Source of the DNA: Macrostomum lignano
Taxonomy: Eukaryota
Direction: 5' to 3'
Length of the DNA: 64,000 nt
Assembly: GCA_002269645.1 (NCBI GenBank)
Contig: NIVC01000011.1
Span: 368,647-432,646, forward strand
The notes under the pieces were generated by a model. That model searched no databases. It was not told the DNA's origin and worked only from the letters and a program-made list of their open reading frames with translations. Shown one piece after another: positions 63,093 to 64,000 of the stretch; the stretch's first letter is position 1, and every line of letters starts with the position of its first letter. The translations under genes and the position numbers were made by a program.

Positions 63093-63110
63093 GGTTAGGG
63101 TTAGGGTTAG
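63093..63110. repeat. Short (TTAGGG)n tract beside a remnant of the Helitron 5' module
   Basis: GGTTAGGGTTAGGGTTAG followed by TTTCTCAGTCAGACAGTATCAGT..CGCAATCTAAATCA, as in units X and Y. Confidence 0.7.
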
Positions 63111-64000
63111 AGCTGCACAGAGCTGCGTGTTGAATCAATTGAATCAATTAATTGCGCAAACCATTTCTCAGTCAGACAGTATCAGTCTTATTTAAAGTTA
63201 AATAAACGGTTGCGCAATCTAAATCAACCCTCCAATATGCACGGCAGACACCCTTCCAATACGCCCAACTTTATCTATTACGTCTCGCCAAAACTGAAGT
63301 ACAATTTTTGCAGAAAGTTAAAAGTATGGAAATAGTTTTTTTAAATGCTGTGCTTTTTCTTTTCATATTTAAAGCAAACAACTTATATCCCCGAACTCAG
63401 CGTTGCAAGATCTTTCTAGCAATATAAGTCTTCCTCTCAAAGTTTAAAACTCGAGGAACATGTTAGCGTTTGAAATTCACCAATTTCCCGACTGCTTGCT
63501 AAGTTGCTAGAGAAGTTCGCAAGTTTATTCATTGAATTTCACGCCAAACTAATACACAGGGCTGCCTATGGAAAAAAGGCGCCAATAATAAAACCAATTG
63601 AATTCGACACAGTCTATCTATTCACACTGTACAACTGCTATGTACACTCAGCCCAAGCCCAACCCCCGTTCTGGGTAAAGCATTAAATTTAACTCAGCCC
63701 CCCAACGCGGGGGGTTTTATTTGCATTGAACCCAGAACACGCGCACCACACACCCTCAATACACAGCGGCCGCGGCGGAGGTTTGGGGTGGCTATTTTTA
63801 CAAACTGGCTGCAGCCCCAGGCAGAGTGGCCAAGAAGGTTATTGGGGTTAAAAAAAGATTTTCTGCTTTTTTAGGGATGTTAAATGTGAAAATTAAAAAT
63901 TAAAATAGCCTAAAGCCTGATCCGGAAAATTTGCAGTTTTCCCATATAAGTTTCGACGCTGACTTTGGCAGAATTGTAGGAGTTCACTTACAACATACAA

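Noticed and set aside
56227-63110. True chromosome end or telomere
   Set aside because: Tracts are short, internal, in both orientations and embedded in repeated units, so they are interstitial

Overview
Eukaryotic, repeat-rich animal DNA. GC-rich exons, very abundant mini/microsatellites and TTAGGG-type telomere repeats suggest a free-living flatworm such as Macrostomum, but this is inference only. Six host genes can be reconstructed: a 4-exon rhodopsin-class peptide-receptor-like GPCR (minus, 12935-16399); two tandem secreted PAN/apple-like + fibrinogen-domain genes (minus, 19249-20261 with a 1-nt frameshift, and 22131-23154); an intronless glutaminyl cyclase (QPCT, minus, 28863-29837); a 4-exon F-box gene (minus, 33784-37033); and an intronless C-type-lectin + PAN-like gene (plus, 45047-45760). 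The rest is mobile DNA and satellites: tRNA-derived CORE-like SINEs, a piggyBac remnant, hAT MITEs, an EnSpm/CMC element with a nested mariner, an RTE-like LINE split by a solo LTR, an unassigned TIR element, and a head-to-tail array of non-autonomous Helitron-like units (about 55.3-62.2 kb) that carry telomere repeats and interchangeable minisatellites. The most notable observations are that Helitron array and the PAN-lectin genes, whose divergence is concentrated in the predicted ligand-binding loop. Most long ORFs in the supplied track are artefacts of tandem repeats.
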